Positions 31,172 through 40,937 of a stretch of 64,000 nucleotides of DNA are shown in pieces. Source of the stretch: Desulfosudaceae bacterium (GTDB taxonomy: Bacteria > Desulfobacterota > Desulfobacteria > Desulfobacterales > Desulfosudaceae); the NCBI GenBank assembly GCA_963674745.2, contig CAXXDV010000003.1, positions 2,592,001-2,656,000 of the forward strand, given 5' to 3'. Positions within the stretch are counted from its first letter, which is position 1, and each line of letters starts with the position of its first letter. The notes under the pieces are model-generated. The model saw nothing but the letters and a program-made list of their open reading frames with translations. It did not search any database and was not told the origin of the DNA. The position numbers were made by a program, and so were the translations under genes.

Positions 31172-31372
31172 TCAGCCTTGGGTATACCATAAAAATAACG
31201 GCAGCAGAAAAACGGCCAGAAGGATGATCAGCCCGGGCGGGCTGTAGTATGCTTTATACCAGGGGTCTCCCCGCTGATGTCCCCGCTTAACTCTTGTCAG
31301 GAACCAGTTACCGACCGCGATACCGCCGATCAGGCAGGCAATCATTTTCATCAAAATGACAAGGTTTTCCAT
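31172..31372 (-). CDS. Small two-TM membrane protein
   Basis: Two hydrophobic segments around PWYKAYYSPPG; last gene of the Gld-like run. Confidence 0.6.
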   Translation of the reverse strand: MENLVILMKMIACLIGGIAVGNWFLTRVKRGHQRGDPWYKAYYSPPGLIILLAVFLLPLFLWYTQG

Positions 31373-31392
31373 GGAACTTCTCTCTTACCGGG

Positions 31393-32370
31393 CTATTCTG
31401 CAGATTGGTCGTTCTGCAGATCTGAGGGTTTTTTCATGATCCGGCCGGCCTTGTAAGAGAGCAGCTTAAAAGCAGACGGGTTTTCAGACGAAATACCGGC
31501 ATAGTCTTTTATATCCTCCTCTTCGGAAAGCGGAAACAGTGAAAGGGTATAGGTTTTTTTACCGGTCAAGGTAACCGTATAGGCCGGATTCGTAAATGTT
31601 TTATCCGTATCTCCGGCGAGATAACTGTCACACTCAAGATCGGACAGCATGTCCAGAAGCTCTTTTATCGCTTCCTGATCGACGGCTTGATCATCAGCGG
31701 TTTTCCAGACGGCCTGTTCGTCTTCCGGCGTCAAATTTTCCCCGGCGGCACTCTCATCGGATGCTTCAGCCGGGGCCGGCGCTTTGCTCAACTCCAGCGT
31801 TTCATCGGCCATGGCGATGGATATCTTCTCAATTTCATTTTTGTCAAAGGCAAGAACCGTCTGATCCCTTAAGTCCTCGATGGTTTTTGCAAACGTATCA
31901 TGAAAGCTGCCGCCGACGTGATAAACAAAAGGGTCTTCACCGACCCGGGCAAAGGTATATTGACCGGACGTAGCACGTTTACCGACGGTCAGATCCCTGA
32001 CAACCGCGTTGTCGGCCGTGCGGGCGGTAACCCGAATGGCGTTGCCTTCATCCAGGTCGTATCGGTCATAATCCCCGGAATCAGACACCAGGGCCGTCAG
32101 CCGGACATCGGACAAAGCATGCAGCATATCATGAACCTGCTTTTCATCCGCCATAAAACCTGACGTGGAGAACGTCCACTGCCCATCGGTTTTTTCAAGG
32201 ATGAACGCTTCAGACTGTCCCCTTTTAATTTCGATTTTTCTAATATCGGCGCTTTCAACCGTTGCCAGTTCCGGCAACTGGTAATGGATACGATCTTTAT
32301 CCTTTAAATATAAGTACAGACAGGCGCCGATAATCACGGCAAAAAGAATCAGATACTCTTTTTTAAACAT
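31393..32370 (-). CDS. DUF4340 domain protein
   Basis: N-terminal TM, duplicated domain, position after a GldG-like gene. Confidence 0.8.
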   Translation of the reverse strand: MFKKEYLILFAVIIGACLYLYLKDKDRIHYQLPELATVESADIRKIEIKRGQSEAFILEKTDGQWTFSTSGFMADEKQVHDMLHALSDVRLTALVSDSGDYDRYDLDEGNAIRVTARTADNAVVRDLTVGKRATSGQYTFARVGEDPFVYHVGGSFHDTFAKTIEDLRDQTVLAFDKNEIEKISIAMADETLELSKAPAPAEASDESAAGENLTPEDEQAVWKTADDQAVDQEAIKELLDMLSDLECDSYLAGDTDKTFTNPAYTVTLTGKKTYTLSLFPLSEEEDIKDYAGISSENPSAFKLLSYKAGRIMKKPSDLQNDQSAE

Positions 32371-32404
32371 CGTTTTTTCCCCTAAGCTGTAATCGGTTTT
32401 GGCC

Positions 32405-34606
32405 CTATTTTGAAAACATCATCCGGAGTTGACGCTTGCGGGACAAGCGGCGGATCCATACCAGGCATCCGAAAAGGATAACCAGCACCGGCAGACCGGC
32501 GATATTACCCCATTTGATCAAAGACTTGGCAGCACCGCTCATCTCAAAAACGGGGTTATAAACCTGCCCCTTACTTCTTAATTGCGCGACCTTGTCCCTG
32601 CCGTTTAACGTATCCACCAGATTCATCATAAACACCGCGTTGGGCGACCGGCCCTCCGTGTCGAGCATGCGATCATAAAGCATCTGGGAGGATCCCATGA
32701 TAAAAATACGGGCCGGCTTACCCTTGGCGATCAGTTTTCCGGAGACCTCGACTGACTCATCGGCCTCAGGCCGAGCCGCTTGTGCGCCCGTTTCCGATTC
32801 ATCTATATTTTCTTCATCTGTCGCGTTCTCTTTGACGGGAATGGGTTTACCGGCAAAATAGCTGGGAAATTCTCCTTCCAGGATGGCGGCCAGGGGGAAG
32901 CTTTCGCGTTCCATGTTCGGCCCCGGCGGTTGAATGAACATGGGATTGTCAGGCATGCCGCCCGGCCGCTCCCAGGACTTTTTACTGGAAGTAAAAAGCG
33001 TGGTGGCTTTAATGCTGTTGGCCTCAAGGGTATCGTTCAGGAATTCAAGCGGCGCCACATTCATGACCACCAGCCCTTTTATGTTCTTCATAAAGGCCGG
33101 CTCGTTGTTAATATATTCGTTATTGATCACTGGTATAAAATACAGGGACTGTTTCCCCCCGCCGAACCGGGGATCCGTCGCCTGTTCAAAGCAGACCTCA
33201 TCCATCACGGTTGACGCTTTTATCCTGACGCCGTAATGGGCCAGCAGTTTTTCCAGGCCGGTGTTGACGGGCACCAGCTTCGGCTGCGCATAAGGCGATT
33301 TCTGGCCGGCCGGATAGGTCTCATGAAACGGCTCGTAAAAAATTGCCAGGTTGTTACCCCGCATCAGAAACTGATCGATCTGGTACAATTCATAATCGGA
33401 AAACGGTTCCGTCGGACGGGCGATAATAAGACAATCAACGGCCTCTTCTTCCAGGCCTTCCCCGGACACATCGATCTTGGACAAAGAATAATTCGGCGCC
33501 AGCAACTGACGGAAATGAATCAGGCTGTCCGGCGGATTCTGCTGCTGTCCGAAAGTATTGGGCAGGTTCGGGTCGGGCGTGCCGTGGCCGCCGAGAAAAC
33601 CGATATCATCATTGATACCGACCAGGGATTCCAGGGACTCATCAATCTGTTTAGCGATTTCTTTGGCCTCCGGAAGCGAGTAACGGGTGCCGAAAAACGG
33701 CAGATTGATCATATCCAGAACGGGCAGCGTAACGGTATTGCCCCGGTATTGCAGGACCAGGCCGATCAGGCCGTTGCCGGACGGAATCGGAGAGGCGCCC
33801 TTCTGCGGAATTTGCGGCCACTGAAGACGGATCAGGTTAAGCTTGCTCAATTCATCGGCCCGTTCAGGGGCTTTGGCTGGATCCACCGTCGAATAAACCA
33901 GTTTACCGTCCAGCTTGTCATTCAAGCCGGCCACAACATCCCCCATCATTTCAGGCAGGTTCGGCAGTTCCTTGACGCCCATGTGAGAAGCAACCGGTAA
34001 AATAGAAGAGGACATCACCAGGGTCACCTGGACCTTTTCCGGCAGGCTGGCAAAGGCACTGATTTTATTGGCCAGTTTTCGAATGGTCGTGGTGATCTGA
34101 TATTCAAGGCCGTCGGTGGTTTTGATCGGGGTAATTTTCTCTATCATATCACCGTAAATAATCACCAGCCCCATGTAAGCCTTTTTCACCTTGACCTCAT
34201 CGGCCTCGATGTTCTGGACCTGCACGGCGTGAATTCCGTAATCCTCAGCCAGTTTCTGGTCTTCTGAAACTTTCGTCATTTCCCCGCTTTGCGCCGGGGT
34301 CACATTATAAAACTGGTAATTGAAATTCTTGCCGGCATTGGCGGCATACTCCCCCAGCAGGTCGTGAAGGTATTGTTCGGTTATATTGTGAGGCGCGGGC
34401 AGATCTTTGGTAAAAAAGACCTTGATGGTCAGGGGTGCTGAAATTTTGGCCAGCACCTCAGTTGAAGCCGGTGACAGGGAATACTTGTTATCGGCCGTCA
34501 GGTCCAGCCGGAAGAAAAGCGTGATTCCGACGATATTGATCAACACCACCGCGACGCAATAGAGCAGGAATTTAAGATAAGGCTGTGTTCTCGATTGAAT
34601 ACCCAT
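32405..34606 (-). CDS. GldG-like ABC transporter auxiliary protein
   Basis: RLDLTADNKYSLS, FFTKDLP, LEYQIT, IDQFLMRG, C-terminal TM. Confidence 0.88.
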   Translation of the reverse strand: MGIQSRTQPYLKFLLYCVAVVLINIVGITLFFRLDLTADNKYSLSPASTEVLAKISAPLTIKVFFTKDLPAPHNITEQYLHDLLGEYAANAGKNFNYQFYNVTPAQSGEMTKVSEDQKLAEDYGIHAVQVQNIEADEVKVKKAYMGLVIIYGDMIEKITPIKTTDGLEYQITTTIRKLANKISAFASLPEKVQVTLVMSSSILPVASHMGVKELPNLPEMMGDVVAGLNDKLDGKLVYSTVDPAKAPERADELSKLNLIRLQWPQIPQKGASPIPSGNGLIGLVLQYRGNTVTLPVLDMINLPFFGTRYSLPEAKEIAKQIDESLESLVGINDDIGFLGGHGTPDPNLPNTFGQQQNPPDSLIHFRQLLAPNYSLSKIDVSGEGLEEEAVDCLIIARPTEPFSDYELYQIDQFLMRGNNLAIFYEPFHETYPAGQKSPYAQPKLVPVNTGLEKLLAHYGVRIKASTVMDEVCFEQATDPRFGGGKQSLYFIPVINNEYINNEPAFMKNIKGLVVMNVAPLEFLNDTLEANSIKATTLFTSSKKSWERPGGMPDNPMFIQPPGPNMERESFPLAAILEGEFPSYFAGKPIPVKENATDEENIDESETGAQAARPEADESVEVSGKLIAKGKPARIFIMGSSQMLYDRMLDTEGRSPNAVFMMNLVDTLNGRDKVAQLRSKGQVYNPVFEMSGAAKSLIKWGNIAGLPVLVILFGCLVWIRRLSRKRQLRMMFSK

Positions 34607-34621
34607 AATACAAAAAGCTCC

Positions 34622-35326
34622 TTACTGTTTTTCACTTAGCACAAGATAGGCCGCGTAAAGGCTGACAAAAACGACACTGAAAAAATACAAAAGGTCCCGG
34701 CTGTCCACAACCCCTTTGGCGATATTCGCAAAATGGGTACCGATGGCCAGGTACTGCAGTACGCTCAGGATGCTTTCGGGCAGGAAAAAAAGCGCGTAAT
34801 CCATCATCGTCAGCCCGAAACAGATGGCCGCCGCCAGTATGAAGGCGATAATCTGATTCCGGGTCAGGGAAGACACAAACAGGCCGATCGCCGAAAAGAC
34901 ACCCCCCAGCAGGACGGCGCCGATATATCCGCCGATTACCGGCCCCCATTCCAGGTCACCGGTAAAGGCAACGGAGACGGCATAAACGCCTGTCGGCACC
35001 AGCATCACCGCGATGAACGCGGCGGCGGCGGTCAGCTTGGCGATCAGGATCTGTTTGATCGTAACCGGCAGGGTGAGCAGCATTTCATAGGAGCCGGTAT
35101 TGTATTCCTCGGAAAAAAGCTTCATGGTGATGGCCGGCACGATAAAAGAGAACATGATCGGCAGCAGCGTAAAGAACGTTGTCAAAGACACCTGCCCTCT
35201 TAAAAAATAGGCGGAAAAAAAGAACCAGCCCGCCACCATGAGAAAAATGGCAATAACAATATAGGCAATAGGCGAAATAAAATATGCCTTGAACTCCCTT
35301 TCAAACATGGATCGTGTTGGTGACAT
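34622..35326 (-). CDS. GldF-like ABC-2 permease
   Basis: REFKAYFISPIAY, PAITMKLFSEE..TGSYEMLLTLP, SSLTRNQIIAF; start at ATG 35326. Confidence 0.9.
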   Translation of the reverse strand: MSPTRSMFEREFKAYFISPIAYIVIAIFLMVAGWFFFSAYFLRGQVSLTTFFTLLPIMFSFIVPAITMKLFSEEYNTGSYEMLLTLPVTIKQILIAKLTAAAAFIAVMLVPTGVYAVSVAFTGDLEWGPVIGGYIGAVLLGGVFSAIGLFVSSLTRNQIIAFILAAAICFGLTMMDYALFFLPESILSVLQYLAIGTHFANIAKGVVDSRDLLYFFSVVFVSLYAAYLVLSEKQ

Positions 35327-35327
35327 A

Positions 35328-36278
35328 TTAATTCTCCCGGGTAAGTTTTCTGAAAATGTTTTCCAGGCTTGGCGTTTCGCTGTAGAACGCCAGCAGATCC
35401 CAGTCCTTCTGCCGGATGCGGGAATAAATATCCCGGCGCGGATCGGACGTGGCCGGGCAACGCAACTGGAGCCGCAACTCGTCCGGCCGGTCGCCGTTTT
35501 CCCCTGCCGGGGCCTCACGGATTTCAGTTATTCCAGCCACATCATTCAGCAATGCCTTGACGGATGCCAAATCGGCACCGGCCAGTGTCAGGTGGATATA
35601 ATTTTCCTGCCCGCCTTGCTGTTTCAGCGCACCGGTAGACTCGTCGGCAACGATTCTGCCTTTATCGATAATGGCAATTCGGTCACAAGTGGCCTCGGCT
35701 TCGCTTAAAATATGGGTGGAAAAAATAATGGTTTTTTCCTTGCCGATCTGCTTGATGATATCCCGGATCTCCACAATCTGGTTGGGGTCCAGGCCGGATG
35801 TCGGTTCATCCAGGACCAGCACTTCCGGATCGTTGATCAGGGCATGGGCCAGCCCCACCCGCTGCTTGTAACCTTTTGACAGCTCGGCCACCGGCTGATG
35901 CATGACATTGTCCAGCCCGCACATATCCACCATGCCCCGAATCCGGGACAACCGGTCGCTCCTGGCAACGCCCCGTAATCCGGCCACGTAATTCAGGTAA
36001 TCATAAACCAGCATATCCGGATAAAGCGGGGCTGATTCCGGCAGATACCCCATCAAACGTTTTATCTCCAGAATGTCCTTGTCCACCGAAAAATCTTTTA
36101 CGCGAATCGAACCGGAGGTCGGTCTGAGAAAACCGGTCAACATTCTAAGGGTGGTGGTTTTGCCGGCCCCGTTGGGCCCCAGCAAACCGAGAATTTCGCC
36201 CCGGCTGATATCCAGATTGATCCGATTGACCGCGCAGAAATCATCATAATAACGTGTCAGGTTTTCAACCCGTATCAT
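35328..36278 (-). CDS. GldA-like ABC transporter ATPase
   Basis: GPNGAGKTT, LSKGYKQRVG, DEPTSGLDPNQI. Confidence 0.93.
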   Translation of the reverse strand: MIRVENLTRYYDDFCAVNRINLDISRGEILGLLGPNGAGKTTTLRMLTGFLRPTSGSIRVKDFSVDKDILEIKRLMGYLPESAPLYPDMLVYDYLNYVAGLRGVARSDRLSRIRGMVDMCGLDNVMHQPVAELSKGYKQRVGLAHALINDPEVLVLDEPTSGLDPNQIVEIRDIIKQIGKEKTIIFSTHILSEAEATCDRIAIIDKGRIVADESTGALKQQGGQENYIHLTLAGADLASVKALLNDVAGITEIREAPAGENGDRPDELRLQLRCPATSDPRRDIYSRIRQKDWDLLAFYSETPSLENIFRKLTREN

Positions 36279-36622
36279 ACGCTGCTCCTTTTCCGGCCTT
36301 GAAAAAAGGCCCGAACACTTCGATTAATTGAACTCACAGATTGGCCCGGGAACATGGTGTCCCCCCCAGCGGGCTGTTGCAGGGATATATAATCATTGTC
36401 TTTGACAATGTCAAGTGCCGCCCCGGTCAAAAATTTCCGCGTCACTTTTGCCCTTCCACATTATTTTGTTCATATGGTGCTGAAAAGCCGGGACAAAAAA
36501 AAATTTTTTATACTATAAATCAAATATTTACGGTTATTCAAGTAACCCCTGGAACCCTTTAGCCTGCGGCCCTTCTCAGAATACAGCAACTGAAACGACT
36601 TGGCCCAAAAATAACCTGAAAC

Positions 36623-36826
36623 TTAAATCCTGCCTTCGTTAACCAGCCGGGCAAAATGGTTGAAGGAACGGTCATACGTTCTTTCCGCGTCATCAGAAAA
36701 ACAACAGGCCGGCAGCTGTCGCATTTTAAGATGATAACGGATACATTCACAACATAGGCCTTTGCGGGAGCAGGGCTCATAAGAACAGTTACAATGCTGC
36801 ATGTTTTGCGACTGGTTGCACTCCAT
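36623..36826 (-). CDS. Small Cys-rich protein (DUF6485-like)
   Basis: [21 protein letters not shown]...LPACCF...ERTYDRS; GGAGG RBS. Confidence 0.8.
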   Translation of the reverse strand: MECNQSQNMQHCNCSYEPCSRKGLCCECIRYHLKMRQLPACCFSDDAERTYDRSFNHFARLVNEGRI

Positions 36827-36924
36827 CAGATTTCCTCCATTTTCTTTGCCGGTTTACGATCAAATATTTTACAACCCGTACAGAGCTTGATCCGGTATAC
36901 AAAATCTGTCGCCGGGTATCAACA

Positions 36925-36966
36925 GGGTTTTAGGTTTGCGGTTCAGGGTTCGGGGTTCGGGGTTAA
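36925..36966 (+). repeat. 7-bp tandem array NGGTTNN x6
   Basis: gggtttt aggtttg cggttca gggttcg gggttcg gggttaa. Confidence 0.75.
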
Positions 36967-36984
36967 AGGACGTTCGCAATTGTT

Positions 36985-37142
36985 GTAGGGGCAGGCCCCT
37001 GTGCCTGCCCGGGAAAGGGCAACCACAGGGGGTTGCCCCTACGAACCGGGGTAGACGTTTATGGGTGCCACGGGGCGACCGAGGTTGCCCCTACGAACCG
37101 GGGTAGACGTTTATGGGTGCCACGGGGCGACCGAGGTTGCCC
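36985..37142. repeat. Cluster of GTAG-type REPs including a perfect 52-bp tandem duplication
   Basis: gtaggggcaggcccctgtgcctgccc (36985-37010), inverted gggcaaccacagggggttgcccctac (37017-37042); 37031-37082 identical to 37083-37134. Confidence 0.88.
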
Positions 37143-37210
37143 GTGATTGGTCAAAAGCACGGAGAGTACGGGCAAGCTGCCGCCCTTGGCCCCCCTCAAA
37201 CCCCGTCCCC

Positions 37211-37312
37211 TTAATCACTTAATCACCTGACCACTTAATCACCTGGGCATCTAACCACCGGATCATCTAAAACAAAAACGCTAAAACCTTGAAACTTTAA
37301 CACCTAAAACTT
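37211..37312 (-). repeat. Degenerate 8-bp array (CA-rich on + strand)
   Basis: ttaatcac ttaatcac ctgaccac ttaatcac ... ctaaaacc ttgaaact ttaacacc taaaact. Confidence 0.8.
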
Positions 37313-37385
37313 CTATCACACCAAATCCGAGAAATTGATTTGACACCGCCCCCGGAGTGCTATAAATAATAACTATAAAAACAAT

Positions 37386-38123
37386 TTGTTATATAAAACA
37401 GGTACGGCGCCCTTGACCATCGACCGCATCATATCCACTCGCCTGACCGCGCCCCGGGATTCGTTTGAGGAAGCATTCCTGTCGGAACTGCTGATCAGCG
37501 AGCGCCTCAGATTGACGTTTCTGTCCGCTTTTTTCGCGATTGCCGCCCTCTGGATCTTTTTTTCTCCCGATTTCTTTGTCGTCCAGTTTCCGCTCCGGGG
37601 TTTTTACCGCGGTATGTCATGGCATATATGGTTTTCCGGTTTCTGGGCGCTGGTCGCCCTTTATGAATTCATTGTCAGCCAGGTTTTTGCGCTGTTTAAA
37701 AAAAACAACCGCCTGCCGCCAACAGCCGCATTTTATATGAACGCCCTGGTTGAGGCCAGCATACCGACCCTGGGCCTTTTCCTCATCTCCCGGAACATCG
37801 GCTTAAACGCCCTGGCCACCCCCATGCCTGTCTTTTATTTTATCTTTATCATGCTGTCCACCCTGCGCCTCAACGTCAATCTCTCCCTGTTCACGGGTGT
37901 TGTTGCCGGTTACGGTTATCTTGGTGTGGCCATGCTGATCCTGTCCGAACAGAAGGCGTTTATCCCCTGCACCACACTGCAGAACATCGCTATGCATCGG
38001 GATAAAGCCTTATTGTTGCTGATGTCCGGGGTAGCCGCCGGATTCGTGGCTTACCAGATCCGCAAACGGGTTGTCGGCGTGATGGAAGCCATGCAGGAAC
38101 AGAGCCGGGTTGAAACAGCTTGA
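37386..38123 (+). pseudogene. Membrane domain resembling class III adenylate/guanylate cyclase N-termini, catalytic domain missing
   Basis: SERLR...YFIFIMLSTLRLN..LSLFTG...GVAAGFVAYQIR; stops after the coiled-coil linker (EQSRVETA*). Resemblance is from recall, not a search. Confidence 0.55.
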
Positions 38124-38166
38124 ACGGGTTACCGGTGCTGTTTTCTAACGCTTAAAAGGAGAACGA

Positions 38167-39468
38167 ATGTCGTTGTCTCGTTTAAAAAACCTGGAAGACG
38201 AGATGAAAAAGTGCTTCCGCTGTTCTTTGTGTAAAATGGTCCCCCTACCCGTTGTTGCCAACCCGGCTTACTCAGACGGTTGCCCTTCGGCCAGGGAATT
38301 TCATTTTCACGGATATTCCGGATCCGGAAAACAGATCATGGCATTGTCGTTGCTGGATGGAAGAATCACGGTCGACGAAGACCTGGCGGAAATCGTATTC
38401 GCCTGCACGACCTGCGGTCTTTGTGATGTCGCCTGCAAGTTCATTATGGCGGCGGAGCGGCACCAGGTAAACATGGCACTGAGGGAGCATGTGGCCGAGC
38501 AGGGATTTACCCCGGCGGTTTTACAGCGAAAAATACACCGGCTGAAAAACCCGGATGGGCATCCTGATCAGGCCGGTGCTTGCGGCCATAAGTGGGCAAA
38601 AAACCTGGGGCTGAAGCTGTTGCCCAAAGACAGGGCCGATGTCCTGCTTTACCTGGACTACCGTTCATCCGGCACTGCCGCCGCCATGGCCACAGCCGGG
38701 AAGACGGTTTCCATATTCAAACAGGCCGGTGTCGACTTCGGTGTCCTGGGCGACGATGAGCCCTGCAGCGGTTTGCCCGCATACTGGACAGGGCATCGGG
38801 AACTGTTCTCCCTTCTGGCGGCCGAAACCCTCGAAAAACTGATTAATACAGGAGCCGAAACGGTAGTGGTCACCTCCGGCGCCACCCTGGGCCTGCTTCG
38901 TTCCAAATATCCGGAATATGGCCACCAGGCCGGCGGGCTTAAAATCCTGCACATAACCGAATATATAGAGCAACTGCTCAGAAAAAACCGTTTAGAACTG
39001 CCCCGGCCGGTCAACCGAAAAATCACCTACCATGATCCCTGCTACCTGGGACGTCAAAGCGAACCGCCGGTCACCTGGCACGGAGAGAATAAAGTCACTC
39101 ACGGTTGCATGTCGTATACCGACCCGCCCAGACCGATCAATACCGGCTCCGGGGGCGTTTTCGACGCACCGCGCAACATCCTTCGGGCCATCAAAGGGCT
39201 GTCATTTGTGGAAATGTGGCGCATCAGGGAGTACGCCTTCTGCTGCGGCGGCGGTGGCGGCGTCCCGGATGCTTACCCGGAGCTGGCCGCTTCCGCGGCG
39301 TCTCACAGGCTTTCCGAGGCCGCCGATACGGGCGCGGACCTGCTGGTCACCGCCTGTGACCATTGTGTGGAAAATTTCAACCGCTGCCGTAAAAAAGAAA
39401 ACACCCGGCCAATCCCGGTGGTTAATATTGTGGATTTAGTCGACCAGGCGATGTCAGGAGAAAAATAA
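38167..39468 (+). CDS. Fe-S oxidoreductase subunit (GlcF/HdrD-like, CCG domains)
   Basis: CFRCSLC..CP, CTTCGLCDVAC, YHDPCYLGR, CCGGGGG. Confidence 0.9.
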   Translation: MSLSRLKNLEDEMKKCFRCSLCKMVPLPVVANPAYSDGCPSAREFHFHGYSGSGKQIMALSLLDGRITVDEDLAEIVFACTTCGLCDVACKFIMAAERHQVNMALREHVAEQGFTPAVLQRKIHRLKNPDGHPDQAGACGHKWAKNLGLKLLPKDRADVLLYLDYRSSGTAAAMATAGKTVSIFKQAGVDFGVLGDDEPCSGLPAYWTGHRELFSLLAAETLEKLINTGAETVVVTSGATLGLLRSKYPEYGHQAGGLKILHITEYIEQLLRKNRLELPRPVNRKITYHDPCYLGRQSEPPVTWHGENKVTHGCMSYTDPPRPINTGSGGVFDAPRNILRAIKGLSFVEMWRIREYAFCCGGGGGVPDAYPELAASAASHRLSEAADTGADLLVTACDHCVENFNRCRKKENTRPIPVVNIVDLVDQAMSGEK

Positions 39469-40937
39469 TGCCCCGCCCGGAATACATTGAAAAGCTCTTG
39501 GCTGTTTTAAACGATACGTCCATTATTACCGATCCGGACAGGCTGCGTGCCGTTGTCCCGGGCAACCCGCTGCTCGCGCCCGGCATCCCCCCCGCCTGCA
39601 TCATCCGGCCCGACGGCACCGGCGAGCTGGAAAAGGTGCTTCATTTCGCCAATGAAAACAAGCTGAATTTATGCCTGATGTCTTCTTCCGGGAGCCATTA
39701 TCACGGCGGGTTCATCGCTTGCCGGGAACACGCGCTGGTTGACATGTCTTTGTGGAACGGCATTCAATGGATTAACCGGAGAAACCGGGTTTGCCTCATC
39801 CAGCCCGGTGTCACCTACGGCGGGCTTCTCTCTGCCCTGGCACCGGAAGGGCTGACCGTTCCCATGCCCCTGGCCCCGCCATCCGGGAAAAGTGTCCTGG
39901 CCGCATGTATGGATCGGGAACCCGTCACCTGGCCCAACCGGCAGTGGGATATCGGCGACCCCGTGGCCAGTACGGAATTTTATTTCGGCAGTGGCGAACG
40001 ATTCCGGACCGGAGCGGCCGGCGGACCGGGTACCCTGGAAGCACAACGAAAATCCGGCGGGGCTCAAAAATGCCCGAGCGGTCCTTCCCAAACAGATTTT
40101 CACCGGGTCATCCAGGGCGCCCAAGGGACCATGGGGGTTGCCACCTGGATGACCATACGCGCCGAAATTAAGCCTGCCAGGCAAACACCTTTTTTGATCG
40201 CAAGCCGTGACCTGGACAAGCTGATCACCTTTGTCTACGCCGTTCAGCGCCCCGGACTGGGCGAGCACACCTTCATCGCCAACCGTGTCTGCACCGCCAT
40301 GCTGTTTCACGCCCGGCGGGGATTGGATTATGCCGCTCTTGCGCGGGAACTGCCGCCGTATATCTGTTTGCAGAATATTGCCGGCTTTGAGTTACTGCCG
40401 AAATCAAGGATCGCTTACCAGAAAAAAGACATCCGGCGTAAAGCCCGGCAATCAGGGCTGAAAATGGAAAAATCCCTCGGCCGGGTTTCGGCCGCGGATT
40501 TCCTGGACATCGCCATTACCCCCTGCGGCCAGACCGACTGGCGGCTGGGGCTTTACGGGGATTGCCTTTCGGTATTTTTCCTGTCCACCCTGGACCGGGC
40601 ACCGATGCTTATCGGCGTTTTTGAAAAGCTTGCCGGCAAGCATGGTTTCGGTCCCGACAGAATCGGTATCTACCTGCAACCGGTGGTCCAGAATCACGGC
40701 TGCCACCTGGAATTCATGGTTCCCTATGACAGGCGAAGCGACCTTTCCGTTATCCGGGAACTGGAACAGGAAAGTGTCGATGTCCTCATGCGCAACGGCG
40801 CTTTTTTCAGCAGGCCCTATCTTTCCGCAGGTGACCGGGTGTTTGATAAAAACAAACAGAACACGATTGTGTTAAAAAAAATAAAGCATATTTTTGATGT
40901 CAACCGGATTTTAAACCGGGGCAAATGGGGACTGTAA
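39468..40937 (+). CDS. FAD-binding oxidoreductase (GlcD/VAO-PCMH-type)
   Basis: IQPGVTY, FRTGAA, GAQGTMG, FFSRPY, KHIFDVNRILNRGK. Confidence 0.85.
   Translation: MPRPEYIEKLLAVLNDTSIITDPDRLRAVVPGNPLLAPGIPPACIIRPDGTGELEKVLHFANENKLNLCLMSSSGSHYHGGFIACREHALVDMSLWNGIQWINRRNRVCLIQPGVTYGGLLSALAPEGLTVPMPLAPPSGKSVLAACMDREPVTWPNRQWDIGDPVASTEFYFGSGERFRTGAAGGPGTLEAQRKSGGAQKCPSGPSQTDFHRVIQGAQGTMGVATWMTIRAEIKPARQTPFLIASRDLDKLITFVYAVQRPGLGEHTFIANRVCTAMLFHARRGLDYAALARELPPYICLQNIAGFELLPKSRIAYQKKDIRRKARQSGLKMEKSLGRVSAADFLDIAITPCGQTDWRLGLYGDCLSVFFLSTLDRAPMLIGVFEKLAGKHGFGPDRIGIYLQPVVQNHGCHLEFMVPYDRRSDLSVIRELEQESVDVLMRNGAFFSRPYLSAGDRVFDKNKQNTIVLKKIKHIFDVNRILNRGKWGL

Noticed and set aside
37031..37142. CRISPR or TIGR-like array
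   Set aside because: Two fully identical tandem units with no unique spacers and no cas or tas genes; explained by REP duplication.
38121..38166. Sec readthrough of the TGA ending the cyclase-like ORF
   Set aside because: No SECIS-like hairpin, and the continuation does not resemble a cyclase domain.
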